Source: Octopus sinensis
Taxonomy: Eukaryota
Direction of reading: 5' to 3'
DNA: 64,000 nt
Assembly (NCBI RefSeq): GCF_006345805.1
Contig: NC_043012.1
Span: 47,182,001 to 47,246,000, forward strand
The notes below the pieces were generated by a model. It was not told the origin of the DNA. It ran no database searches and was given only the letters and a program-made list of their open reading frames with translations. The translations under genes and the position numbers were made by a program. Shown here in pieces: positions 40,216-53,955 of this stretch. The first letter of the stretch is position 1. Every line of letters begins with the position of its first letter.

Positions 40216-41010
40216 GCACATAAAAGGAAAGCTCTTAAATGTGTACTTATTAGAAGAGTCGGATAAGTTGACATGATTGAAAACTAACTTTAGAATGTTA
40301 CTGAATTGCCACATATAAGAAGAGCCATACATGTTTAAATGACTTTAAGTTCGAATATAGTGTCTATACTTGATAGAAGAGATAGAAGCCTTACAAATTG
40401 AATTAAATGAATGATTCAAATTATGCAAACTATATAATGAGAATGCTTTCAAATGCATGGATATTGCCATGATTAATGATTAATATGAAAATTAAGATTT
40501 ATATAACACTAGATTAAAGTGTTTTAATATACAGATGATAGCCATGACCTGCAATAGGTAATCGCGTCAGAGTATTTGAAAATAATACACTGGAAGCATA
40601 TAAGGGGATCAAATGTTTGGAATTTAATAGAAATGAAAGGGTACGGGACAAGGAAATTACCACATGTACAGGATGAACCAACAAAGTAAAATGATTTAAA
40701 TTATTTTGGTTATTGTATGATGAGAGGTGTAAACATAGTTACCAATATGTGTGTGACCCCCTTCGGTCATTATTGAACATGGGATTGCACCTAGATAGTT
40801 ACCTTCCGAGGCACAAGTCTGGGAACGGTTGTTTATGGAAGACCAGCAGTCGCCCATGCATACCAGCCTCCCCTCTCCACGCCACCAATGTTATCCAAGG
40901 TCGATATAGCTTGGCACCAGTCACATCGCAGATCATTTATTAATGTGCAAGTGGCTGAGCACTCCACAGGCACGTGTATCCTTTACGTAGTTCTCGGGGA
41001 GATTCAGCAT

Positions 41011-41110
41011 NNNNNNNNNNNNNNNNNNNNNNNNNNNNNNNNNNNNNNNNNNNNNNNNNNNNNNNNNNNNNNNNNNNNNNNNNNNNNNNNNNNNNNNNNN
41101 NNNNNNNNNN
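41011..41110. other. Assembly gap (100 N)
   Basis: Direct reading. Confidence 1.
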
Positions 41111-41351
41111 CTGAAGTTTGGTGTTTTTTTGTTGGCGCAAGTATCTATGTGCTGGCTAAAAGCTATTTTCTGTTTTGGGGAATTTTTATCTGGGATCTGT
41201 GCAGGGCCATTCGTTTACGAAAAACCATTTTTTGTTGGCCTATGTACTGCTCTTGACACCCGGAGCAGGTTAGTGAGTATATTGGTTCTTCGAAGCACAT
41301 GTTTGAAGTTGCTTTACTTGTGCCAACAAAAAAACACCAAACTTCAGAATT

Positions 41352-41462
41352 TTCCCTCTACCAATTAGGGACGATACAACCTCGAGACAAAGAATAAGTA
41401 AAGAAAATCTCTTTATTACAAAATACAAGCCACTTCTTAACGGGTCTACGACAAACAATTAA
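41352..41462 (+). mobile_element. Penelope-like GIY-YIG C-terminus
   Basis: FPLPIRDDTTSRQRISKENLFITKYKPLLNGSTTNN*, matching the PLE R...E..FI.KxKP.LN ending. Confidence 0.65.
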
Positions 41463-42160
41463 TATACCTCAACTTTAGAATAAAAGAAAAATATATATAT
41501 ACACACACAAATACTACACTCCATAGAATCCCTTACTAATCAGCCCCTTCATAGCTATATTTACACCCATTCATATTCTCCCTTCTCTGTTTTTTTCTTC
41601 TTCTTCTTCTTCATTCATCATCGTTATCATCATCATCGGCGTCATCATCATCGCCACCATCATCACCACCATCTTCTCCTTCTCCTCCTTCTTCTTCTTC
41701 ATCATCATCGTTATCATCATCATCGTCGTCATAATCATCACCACCATCACCATCATCTTCTCCTTCTCCTTCTCCTTCTCCTTCTCCTTCTTCTTCTTTT
41801 CTTCTTTTCTTCTCTTCTCCACCCTACCCTTAAGTTTGTCACTAATGTTTTTTAGTATAACACCTACGCTAATTCTATAAACAAGCCTGTCATATAAATA
41901 TTCTCCTGAATTGAACTGAGACTGCCAGCCGCCACTGACCATTCAAAATACGACCATCAGGGCACTCCCAGATTCTCCCACCCCCCTTTCCTCACCAGCC
42001 TTCCCTCTACTACCCTACCAAGAACTCACAACTACCTCGACACACAAGTGCAAACAAGGGAGTCAGAGAAAGGCAGAATGTCACTAAATCTGAACACTAC
42101 TATAGAAATATCTTTTAAGAAAAACTTTCTTCTAATTTTTCTAAATTTATTATTTAATCG

Positions 42161-42204
42161 TTACAGTTGAAAAGGTCTCAAAATGACCGAAACTGGTACT
42201 GAAA
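42161..42204 (+). ncRNA. Type I hammerhead ribozyme, U3-A8 variant
   Basis: cag TTGAAAA ggtc tcaaaat gacc GAAAC TG GTA ctg; ~700 bp downstream of the GIY-YIG stop and 50 bp before (TA)n. Confidence 0.7.
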
Positions 42205-42247
42205 TGTTCACTAAACTTATTTTAGCATTTTCTATTTTTACTTGTTT

Positions 42248-42290
<43 letters not shown>

Positions 42291-42481
42291 CATATAGGTG
42301 TTATGCGTGTATATGGGTCCGGCAGGGTGTGGTGGTGACACTTGCCGTAGTGTTTCACCACAACTTTATAATTGTATAAGTTTTACCGAAATTGATCCTT
42401 TTCCATACCGAAATACTACTAGGTGAAATTTGTTGATTTTATTAAATTATCTTTCACCCTTCATATATGTATTATATATAT

Positions 42482-42531
<50 letters not shown>

Positions 42532-42554
42532 TGTGTGTGTATGTGTGTGTGTAC

Positions 42555-43090
42555 AATTTAGAAATAGGATAAAATCTTTATGAGAAATTACTAAGTAGTT
42601 ACCGTGAAAAACCTCATAAGGGAAAGATTTATTAATTATTCCGTTTAAATATATTTGTATATATTAAGGTCATTACTATACATAAAATCCTTACACTAGG
42701 AGGACTCTTAAAATCAAAACTACCATAATAAACATTTTGTAGCGAACTCGAGGGAATGCAACTCTTGAAGCGAACCTTTTAAACATAGATTTAGATGCAA
42801 ATTATATGATTTCATAATTAATGCACAAAATGCCCTTTTTAATCGTCAGTACATTTTGTTCATTTTTATGTCTTCATTATGCATCCACTGACGATTTAAA
42901 ATGCCTCTTGTGCACTAATTATAAAATCATATGATTTGCAGTTGAATCTGTTTTTAAAAGGCTCGCTTCGAGAATTGCATTTCCTCGCGTTCAGCAAAAA
43001 ATGTATTTATTATGATAGATTTGACTTTCAGAATCCCTCCTAGCGTGAGACATGTATTGTTATGCCATTAATATATATATGTATAGTACA
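42555..43090. mobile_element. Diverged head-to-head inverted element with two hammerhead relics
   Basis: Arms ~42690-42855 and ~42885-43050 are roughly 75-80% identical by eye; relics at 42795-42854 (-) and 42884-42940 (+, G12A); terminus resembles the 30.25-kb family. Confidence 0.65.
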
Positions 43091-43260
43091 AAGTAAAGTA
43101 GGGGTTATGATGGTAACCCACTATGGGATATCAGTTATCCTAGATACTGCTGGTAAAGTACCCAAATACTAAATACATAAATGCTTATAATTCCAATGCA
43201 ATTAATTCATTTACTGTACTGAATAGGTGAAGGTAAAAAAATTTTACCGTAAATTCATAT

Positions 43261-43814
43261 TACAAATAAGAAAATAGAGGAACAAATTCATTTCGATCTT
43301 CAACTTACCGATATTACAATTTCATATTATTCATCAATTATACAAATAGGAACATGAAAATCGAACAAAACAATATACATCACTATGCAAATTAATAATA
43401 AAATAAAAATAATACAAATAAACTGCTCCTTACAGCTGTTTCAGCCTATGGTCAAGAGGCAATCCAACTTAAATTGCCCATATATGCCATTATAGTATAG
43501 TCTTAGGCATTAAAGATTATATTTGTCTGTTTAAATAACCAAAGGCCTCGTCAGAGGATATACATAACCACAAATTTATAATAATAATATAATTATATAA
43601 TGATATAATTATATAATAATATAATATAATAATAATATTGATATATAAAATACATGCTTCCCTTACTATCCAATACTATCCATGCTTCCCATACTATCCA
43701 ATACGATCCATACTATCCGTGTTCCTATTTGTATAATTAATAAATAATATGAAATTTTTAATATCCGTAAGTTGATGATCGAAATGAATTTGTTCCTCCA
43801 TTTTCTTATTTGTA
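43261..43814 (-). mobile_element. HHR-bearing element with ~96-bp inverted repeats
   Basis: 43261-43356 versus 43718-43814 (~90% identity); HHR between them; right end abuts TA repeats. Confidence 0.7.
43427..43558 (-). ncRNA. Type I hammerhead ribozyme with long stem II insert
   Basis: tcct CTGACGA ggcct [~95 nt] aggct GAAAC AGCT GTA agga. Confidence 0.75.
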
Positions 43815-44139
43815 TATATATATATATACACTTCAATGAAGGAAATCGACCTACGGAATTCCATCTTATTCATCCAAGCAGCAAAACAAGCCTCCCAGCA
43901 ATCATAGTATAATCAATAACATTGAAAATTTCTACCAACGAAATTACAGTGAACCGTGTGGAGAGAAACAGTGACACAGGTTGGAACAAAACATACAGCA
44001 GAATCACTACAGGTGAGTCACTAACTGTCTACAACGACGAGGAAGAATCACTGGTTAAAACAGAAGCAATAATCTTCCACCTAATGGTAGGTGGTGACTT
44101 TTGCGACCACATACAAAAATTTCCAAAATACTTTCCATA

Positions 44140-44400
44140 AGCGAAAATTTAATCCAAACCTCAATAATTTAGAACAGGAAAAATTAATTGAACTACAAAA
44201 CAATAAAGAACCAACGCTCAAAGAAGCAGACAAGGAGGTGCTGTAGTCCTGATGGACTGAGAATACAAGAACCTAGTACTATCCATGCTAGAAAAAAAAA
44301 GCTTTCTACGAAAAAGTTGTAAACTATAAACAACAGAGAGCAATAAAAAATCTTGCATCCTAAATTCATGTCCACAAAAAGTCGATATCACGAACTCTAA
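44140..44400 (+). mobile_element. Penelope-like RT N-terminal relic
   Basis: NLEQEKLIELQNNKEPTLKEADK/GGAVVLMD*EYKNLVLSML matches PLE NL..E..AL..L.....IKxADKGGAVVIM. Confidence 0.7.
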
Positions 44401-44429
44401 ATGTGAACCAAATCTTCTCTACAGTGTTC

Positions 44430-44880
44430 TCTAAATCATCATCATTGTTCGACCATGGTCGAGACAATGGAATTTACTATATTACACCAGTCTTCACGGT
44501 TCATCATAGCATTACGGAGGTCCTGTTGCTGGATGTCTGTATCCCTGGAGATTACATTAGAGTAGGGGAGTGTGCGCCCTCTGGTATCGCGAGCAGATGG
44601 CTTTCAGGGGAGAAGAGTAGAGATTACCTCGTTTTCAGCTCTACAACAATGTCTAGCAAACTGGACTCTTCTACCTTTCACAATATATGATGCAGGTGGT
44701 AATTTTCCATATATTTGTATTTTGGTTGGATGACGCTTCCACGAGAGATTTTGAGCTCTGATAAGGAGGCAAGTGTAAGTTCCATCCAACCGCCTCTCAA
44801 TCTTCGTTGATAACGTCCAGATTTCTGAGCCATATAGTAGAATTGGTTCGACTGTGGCTTTGAAGATTTTAAGATTTTAA
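44430..44880 (-). mobile_element. RTE-clade LINE 3-prime fragment
   Basis: IFKATVEPILLYGSEIWTL...RLDGTYTCLLIRAQNLSWKRHPTKIQIYGKLPP...RRVQFARHCCRA, ending in a (GAT)n-like tail. Confidence 0.85.
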
Positions 44881-45257
44881 GGTTATAAGTTTGAAATATG
44901 CAAGTGCAAGATAATTAATGAAGCCTACAAGCAACCACCAGGCGAATACAGGGATATCCTAGCAATCACCAGGCGAATACTGGGATATCCTAGAAGATTT
45001 AAATTTAAGACCCATTATAGTTGTAACTTGTGATGTTGTTGGTAAACCATGATTTTGTCTATCTCCTTATCTTCTTGGAGATTTGGGGTAAAATTATACT
45101 AATGTATCCTCCTAATTTAATTAAATTCTATGTCTTTGTGAAGCTGAAGATGTCTACATCTTAAATTGATGTAATCAAATGATGGCATTTTTCAATTAAA
45201 CGGAGTCGCATGAGACGATCGTACTGCATTACTTCCGGATATCCTTGTTACTTATTT

Positions 45258-45301
<44 letters not shown>

Positions 45302-45398
45302 TATATGTATATGTATATATACATACATATATTTGTATCTATCTATCTACAGACATACACATTCACACACACCACACACATACACACAGACACACACA

Positions 45399-45445
<47 letters not shown>

Positions 45446-45447
45446 TA

Positions 45448-45479
<32 letters not shown>

Positions 45480-45480
<1 letters not shown>

Positions 45481-45686
45481 AACAATTGCAGCGTGGAAGG
45501 TGTTTGTAAGCCATTTAAGAAACACACAAAAGCCGTTCGATTCACTTCAACATTTAAGTTTAATTTGTCAAAATATTTTCGTCGCTAAAATATTTTCACA
45601 AATTAAACTTAAATGTTGAAGTGAATCGAACGGCTTTTGTGTGTTTCTTAAATGGCTTACAAACACCTTCCACGCTGCAATTGTTT
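45480..45686. repeat. 207-bp fold-back palindrome (~100-110-bp arms, 7-bp spacer)
   Basis: One mismatch seen; spacer CGTCGCT at 45590-45596; left end abuts (TA)n. Confidence 0.95.
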
Positions 45687-45742
45687 TCGTTTCAGCACAC
45701 GATCTCAGATCAAATCACTTGCTATGCGAGTACATCTCAGTA

Positions 45743-45773
<31 letters not shown>

Positions 45774-47016
45774 TATTTACAGGCGTGGTTGTATAGCAAG
45801 CGTCTTGCTACCCAATCGCATGATTTCAAGTTCAGTTCCAATGCATGGCAACTTTTGCAAGTGTCTTCTCATAGCCTCTGACCTTTTTCTACACGCACAC
45901 ACACACGCACACACACATATATATGAGGTACCCACGTACATAGACATAGGCTCCAACCATCCATCAGTAGTCATTAAACAACTAGTTAATAGCATTAGCA
46001 GACATGTGTTCAGTCTAACGGCCGATAAAGACAATTTTGAAAACGCTGCCTCATAATGTAATGCTGGATTAGAGAGCTCCAACATCAAGAATAGCATAAT
46101 CTACACCCTCCTCATAGCATGAATGTTGCCAAAATTATGGATCGCATTGGAATAACAAAAACGTATATCAGAATAATGTGCAGCTCCTTCTAGGAAAGAT
46201 ACATGCGCATCTTGTTCTAGGAAAGATACATAGAACACATGGCGCCATTCAGAGACAAACATTTAAAATATAACATGCAACATCCCAATCCAATATAATA
46301 TGGACATTGAAAAAATAGGGATAAGTAATCCCCAGATGAAACGGAAAATACAAGTGTACTAAAAGTACAGTAAGTACAGGGTACTAAATGTGATCTCTGA
46401 AACTAAATTTTATTCAGTCATCCTAAATATTAGGGATGAAACATTCTCTCCCTGCACACACGAGCAATATTTCAAATTTAAACAGTTCAACAAAGAACCA
46501 TTCCCCACGCTGCTCACTCCGCCAGGATAGTTTCCTTCTCTGAACGTGAAAATTGAAAATATACGACATACTATCTCCACAAATTGAAGAAACATTCCTC
46601 CATGACAAATTACCTCAGCACACAAACATGCTAACATCACATATGCCCAAGATTTAATATGATATAATGTAAGCAATTTTGCCATCCAGCATGACTGTCT
46701 TCCCAGAAGTCAAATCAAGGGTAGATAACCAGTCAAAATATGACAGCCAGTGGTAGTACCATTTGATTTCATGTTTTCTTTACGAGACTTTCTGCGAATT
46801 CACGAACACCATTCCTTCATGTCGTCAGCTTCAAAAATTATTAAGACATTAAGATATTTTTCCTAACATGAAAATTACAATAGTAGCCTTAATACCCCAA
46901 TAAAGAAATTCTATGTACGAACACGGTATTGAGCGCCTATTATCGCTGTTCGCCATTTACGTGTATATATATATATATATATAGCATTACATGTATACTT
47001 CGCACACGCATGCGCG

Positions 47017-47067
<51 letters not shown>

Positions 47068-47230
47068 ATATATATATGTTGGTCTCTTTGCGTTTCTTGT
47101 TTTATCAAGTTATACTTACATCTTCCGATGCTACATTGGAAGATACTTCTCAGTACCGCGTACAGAGATGGAAATCGGAGCCAAATATTTACTAAGTGAA
47201 ACTTTGAATATGAAAATATTCATCTGCTTT

Positions 47231-47345
47231 ACGTATGTATGTATGTATGTATGTATGTATGTATGTATGTATGTATGTATGTATGTATGTATGTATGTAT
47301 GTATGTACGTACGTATGGATGTATGTATGTATGTACGTATGAACG

Positions 47346-47376
<31 letters not shown>

Positions 47377-47395
47377 GTATGTATGTATGTATGTG
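47231..47395. repeat. (TATG)n microsatellite
   Basis: Direct reading; similar tracts at 3950-4060, 13275-13370 and 57490-57600. Confidence 0.95.
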
Positions 47396-49527
47396 TGTGT
47401 AGGTATGTTTGTATAACTCTATCTCTCTATTTCTCTATTCATTTTTTATCTATTCTTTTCTATTTTATTCTATTGTTGTAGGTAGCTATTGTAAATATAG
47501 AAAAATAATTCCATGTATACTAACAAATTTTTGCTTACACTGAAAGCGAATAGACAATACGAAATGCAATACAATAATCAGTTAAACAGTTATTGGTTTC
47601 CAAACATTAATTTGCTTATCAAATAACTTGACTTACTGATCTAACTTGCTATGCTCGAAACTATTATGGAGGATGTCACATGTTTGTTTTTCTAAACAAA
47701 TTATATAAATGAAGATTTTATGGACATCGAATAAATATACACCAAGAGATAGTATATTTCTCTTTGATTTTTTCTACTCAAAATACCGAATAAATAAAAC
47801 ATTGCTTTGTAATAGTTTTGGAATTTGTTTAATTACAAATCACACGGATACTTTTACTCGTCATCCGATCCATCAGCTTGTCAGTAATATATGTCATGGT
47901 CCGCATTTTTGTGAGCAAAATTTTATCGATATTTATATCAATAGACTCATATATTTTCGGAATGTTTCATTCAGTATTATGCAGACATTGCAGTGTAGTC
48001 GTCGATTTCTTTTACATTATCATTTTTCTTTTTTTGAAAAGAAAAGGATATAATTGGAGGTAATCTCTTTTGAATATTCGCATTGAGCATTTTATGTGGA
48101 AGGATAAATTCTAACTCAAGTACACATTTTCATGAATGCATTATCTATGCAGACGACGCCTAATATATCAAAGTATGCCCCTACCTATGACAAGAACATT
48201 AGACTTACCCTGAAACATCTCAACTGACTTTCGGAAATTCATTATCAACTCCATTAGCATCATTTCCAATTTTGGAGATTTATTAACATCCGGACATTTG
48301 TATTTATTTCTGTAGCTTCTCTTTTCAGCGAATATATCATTCTTAACTTTCAGGTTATTCTTGTTTTTTCTTTACTAACACGTTAATTTTCTATATTTAC
48401 TATCGCGAACCAGTGCACGCACTAAATTTGACGGTGTTATTAGAGAAATGCAGGTAATATAATATGTAGAAAATGATTAGGTACAATCAAGTCTTAAAAG
48501 TCTATAGAGGTGCCATTAATCTTACAATTCAATATTCAAATTTGTGAATGTATTTTATCATGTAACTTGCACAGAGTATATTCAAGAGACTCAAACCATT
48601 GATTTACTGCATAATAACTGTGAGTGATATGGCCATTCTAGAACAATAACTTTAAGATGCATACCTGCATGCAGGTTGAACCGTTATTCCCGACACATTT
48701 TGTCTTTCCTTCTCTCTCTGTTTCTTTTTTTATCTTCTCAATGCTTTCCGTCGAAGAGCGTAGGCTCCAAACGTCAATACCTTTTCCATTCTTCCCGAGC
48801 GTTGAACTAATACACCTGCTTTTTTTTCCGTCACCTGTCTTCGTCTTAAAGACTGCTATATTTTGAAACTTTTCTTTTAATTTCACAGTAAATTACACAA
48901 CATATATTTAGAATTATTTTGGATAGACACTCCCGAAAGAACATAATAATCCTTCGAAGCGAGCTAGGATTTTCCCATCACAAGAATTACAGTGGGATTG
49001 ATTCAGGCGATCGTTGATGTTTCTTACTACGTCATGTTGGGGATCCGAACCGGAACTATGTACTTGCCCGGATAACTTTTTGTCTATACGATCATCGTCA
49101 CATCGTACATATGCATGTACATATATATGTTCTGTTATTTTTTTATTCTGCTACTTCCTTCAGTCATTAGACTTCGGCCATGCTGGGGTAGAGCTTTATA
49201 TATATATGGCCCGACAACTGAAGAGATGGCGGCGTGGTTCTCCGCCCCGAAATCCAAAATTCGGAGTTTTAGCATGGCCACTGAATAAATGTCACATATT
49301 GTATTTACATAATATATATATATAATATATATATATAAGTAATACCAAATAATTAGGGTTCAGCAAAGATTTGCTTTACCACATACCGAACTTTAGAAAT
49401 AGCAGCCAAAAAACGTTAGCTATTTCTTCTACTGTAAAAAGGGACTCCCAGAAAAACCAAAATACTTGAAAGCGATCCACACAGGCAGAGCGGAAGAAGT
49501 AACGAAAATCAAACAATATCTGGTCAT

Positions 49528-49608
49528 CTATGGACGCGCGTTTCGGAATTAGGTTGGAATGAAGAATATAAAATTATACTTTACCAACCGTTTTCCTCTT
49601 CAGCATAG
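49528..49608 (-). ncRNA. Type I hammerhead ribozyme, fully canonical
   Basis: ctatg CTGAAGA ggaa..ggttgg/ccaacc..ttcc GAAAC GCGC GTC catag; host element (~49351-49855) shares the CCACATACCGAACTTTAGAAATAGCAGCCAAAA terminus with the 8.9- and 14.3-kb elements. Confidence 0.88.
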
Positions 49609-50272
49609 GACCCCATCAATAATTAAATATTGAAATATTAAATTCGAAGGTACTGGAATAATTTAACATATCTCTCCACCTAACGGTATCAGACGGATAA
49701 TATTCAGTGTTAGTACCTCCGAATTCAAAACATGGATGAGGTTCAATTACCCTACCCTGCTCGTCCTCGTGTGTCTGCAAGTAAACTACTACAGAAAAAA
49801 AATTGTAGCTTGTTATCAGGGAGAAATTACTGATAGCATTACTGATAATATATATATTTACTCATTTACTCTTTTACTTGTTTCAGTCATTTGACTGCAG
49901 CCATGCTGGAGCACCGCCTTTTAGTCGAGCAAATCGACCCCAGGACTTATTCTTTGTAAGCCCAGTACTTATTCGATCGGTCTCTTTTGCCGAACCGCTA
50001 AGTGACGGGGACGTAAACACACCAGCACCGGTTGTCAAGCAATGCTAAGGGGACAAACACAGACACACAAACATACACACACACACACACACATATATAT
50101 ATACATATATACGACAGGCTTCTTTCAGTTTCCGTCTACCAAATCCACTCACAAGGCTTTGGTCAGCCCGAGGCTATAGCAGAAGACAATTGCCTAAGAT
50201 GCCACGCAGTGGGACTGAACCTGGAACCATGTGTTTGGCAAGCAAGCTACTTACCACACAGTCACTCCTGCG

Positions 50273-50400
<128 letters not shown>

Positions 50401-50600
50401 AATTAATATAGGAGAAAATTTTTATCAATGGCCACCATATCGAAAAATGCCTTTAAGGTAAAATTTATACATAGTTTACAAGAAAAGGGCAGAAGAAAAA
50501 TTCTAATGCCAAATATGCGGAGCACATTTTTTTTTGTCGATAACCATTATAATTTATGCGTCTCGAAACAAAACGATAGAAATCTCTAAAAAATTCGTTA

Positions 50601-50661
50601 TTACCGTATTGGTCCAATTTCGGGGTTAATTCATAAGAAATTTTCCCCTCTTCAGCGGCAA
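50601..50661 (-). ncRNA. Type I hammerhead ribozyme
   Basis: ttgccg CTGAAGA gggg...cccc GAA ATTGG a CCAAT A cggtaa; AUA cleavage triplet. Confidence 0.85.
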
Positions 50662-50697
50662 ATACGCGAGATATAAATGAAATACTTACTCATACCC

Positions 50698-50760
50698 ATG
50701 GAAAAAGCAAGCACTAAGTCCTGAGCAGTCTGCTCAGGACTTAGTGCTTGCTTTTTCCAT
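50698..50760. repeat. 63-bp perfect hairpin (31-bp arms, 1-nt centre)
   Basis: ATGGAAAAAGCAAGCACTAAGTCCTGAGCAG t CTGCTCAGGACTTAGTGCTTGCTTTTTCCAT. Confidence 0.97.
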
Positions 50761-53461
50761 TAATGATAAGGCTGAAAAACAGACCAAGTATGTAGTTGCT
50801 GCTGCTGTTGTTTATTCCTTCTTCAGCCATTCCTGGCTCATAAGGTCCCGTTTCCCGGTTTCACTGGCGTATAGGTTCCCTACCTGGACGGGCCGAGAAA
50901 AGAGCAAAGAGTAAGAGAAAGTTGTGGTGAAAGAATCATCAGCAGTCCGTCATTACTTTCCGCCGAAGCCAGGTTGAGCTTAGGTGTTTCGCTCACAAAC
51001 ACACACATCACCCACCCTGGGAATCTAATCTTTTTTGTGAATTCTCCTTATATACATATGTGTGTGTGTGCGTTTATGTGTGTGTGTGTATCTATGTGTA
51101 TTTGTATGTATGTCTATGCCAGTGTCTCCATCATCGCTTTACAACCGGTGTTGGCGTGCTTACGTCCTCGTACCAGCGGTTCGAGAAAACAGACCCATAG
51201 AGTAATTACTAGGCTTTAATAGACAATAAATAATTGGGTCACTTTTTCGACTAAAACCCTTCAATGCGGTGCTCCAGCACAGCCACTGTCAGAGGGCTGA
51301 AACAAGTAAAAAGAATAAGAGAATACAGAGAAATACAGTGGGAGAGAGAGAGAGAGTGGGAGAGACAGACAGAGAAAGAGAGAGAAGTGAGAGAGAGTCA
51401 CACCACGCATATGGATATTTAGATGTAGACTTACGGATGTCAATATATGTCACCATAGACATCACAGGCCCCTCCGAAACCACTGCGACCAATGCAATAA
51501 ATGTTTCCTTTTCAGAGAAGCATTTCGATGACTGCAGTGAGATCATATAAACAAACGCCTAATTAAAGAGTTGACGTTCTGGGAGTAATCATTTATTCCG
51601 CTGCATTTGGATTTCAAAAACGGCTACTCTTTTGTTTAGTATTCTCTTATTCGAGATTAATAAACCGAGCAGATTTACACTGCTTGCGAATAAATAGCAT
51701 AACAACTTTTTGTACGTGATCTATTCTAGAAAATACTCAACCTTATGCCCTGTTAAATGTAATCAGTAGCTAAAATTGTGTTTTCAAGGAGTGAAAATAA
51801 AATGTTTTATTGTAATGCTGCATTCAAATGATATATCAATCTCAATAAATTAAACTGAAAATTCGATATTATTTAATGAATAAATGTGTGGCGAACGACC
51901 GACCAGAATTGCTAAATCGAATCCAGGTTTCGTATAGGATTTTCCTCCCTGTAGAAACCAAATGATTTTATTATCGCAGTTAAGGACTATGGTTGGTGAA
52001 TGGGAATGTATCAACCATTGGATAGGAGATTTATATTTATTAACTTATCAATGTTCTTTTGTAAGGTTGTTGCGAATAGCTGCGGCTGGTTTATATAGGA
52101 GCCACGAACCGATGCAGCTAATGCAAATAAAGAATCACAAATTCCAGAAAATATGTGATTTCTTGTTTAACGTTATCAATGCACATTAAATCAATTAACT
52201 AGCAGTGTACATGATCTGCTGCCACCTTTTTGCATACAATTTTGAATTCAGTTTCTTGGTTAAAGCAAAAATATTTAGTGATGTTTTTGTAATAAGTTAA
52301 TCAAAGTCGAAGGGGATATGACTATCAATTTTGCATACCACTAAGACCAGCTTGCTTGAGAAGGTTCATGCTATAGAATTAATGATCTCGGAATGTATGA
52401 ATGTTACAAACTCACATCCAAACAGCTTTATGAAAGTTTGGTTTTGTGTCACTGTTATAAATCGATATGGAACGGATTATGCAGAAACATACCTGCCTGT
52501 GTGATTAGCTGGCGTATATAATTGACTGAAATGGCGGTAAACAGAATATCAACGTCTGTTGAAATAATTAACTCTCAGTAAACTAAAGAACACGCTCAGC
52601 ACTTATTTATTTTTTCTGTTTGTCTTTTCTTCAAATGTAAATTCATTATCAGATCATGATATATATCTCCAAATCGATAACTACACTACACTTAGTAATA
52701 ACAGATAAGCAACGGATAATGAGAGTGAATTTGTTACCAATGTATTCAGGATAATGTGCTGACTTGTTTAAATGCTAGAGTATATCAAAGAAAGTTTATT
52801 AAATGTTGATATAGCCATTTCACCAATCCCCATACATATATTTTTTTTCGTCATTTCATTCATGTTGTTTTGTATGATATTGGTTTGGCATTTATTTTTC
52901 TTCCGTCTAGTGACTATGCATTGAAAAGCTTACTTGGTTGGTAAAAACAAAAAGTAAGAAAAGAAAAAGATTCAATAATCCGATTATTGAAGCAGTTTGA
53001 TTTCACTATGCAGTCAAGTATCGACATCTGAATTATCCAGCTTTCTGTAACACTGACGCATTTACTGTCCTATATAATAGATATAAATATTTGTCAATTT
53101 ATCTTCGTGCCAGCAACAAGCTCTAGGCTACATATTCGTGGTCTGGAATAAAAATAGATTATAAATAAAAATATGTGGCTACTTATAACTTGTGCACCTA
53201 TGCGTTTTACTACCTTAGCACTAGTGTGATAAATCAATATTACGGACAACACTCGTGTGATAAATCAATATTAAGGAAGACATATCACAAAAACTCTGAA
53301 ACGGCTCAGAAATGGTTGAACATCACAACGTTCAATCTCGTCGTTCTGTTAGCCAAATCACTATATTTGAGCGTGTGTATGAACGTTATAAAATTTAAGT
53401 GGAACACATTTACGCTGTCGTCACAAAAAGTGTTGCTGGATGACATATGCATATATATATA

Positions 53462-53522
<61 letters not shown>

Positions 53523-53868
53523 TACAGGATGAGAGGGGCAAGAAGGATATACATGCATATATATGTCTATGTAAATAAGCACTCATAGGAGACAGATAAC
53601 GAGATAGAGAGATAGATAGATAAACAGATAGATTGATAGATATACTGGACTTTAGGAACCTCGATAATTGAGGGATCATCAGGACACAGCAGGCAGTATC
53701 TTCATTAGATATTCATATGGTACAATATGCACACATACTCATATTCACATATTTACATATAACTATGTAAATATTTAAATATATATGTATTCATATACAT
53801 GAACTCTTGCAGGTATGTCGGTATATATATCTCGCTCTCTTGAAATATATATATATATATATATATAT

Positions 53869-53955
<87 letters not shown>

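Noticed and set aside
42330-42362. Minus-strand GAAAC-ACT..AGT-GTC
   Set aside because: A simple hairpin with no catalytic core segment
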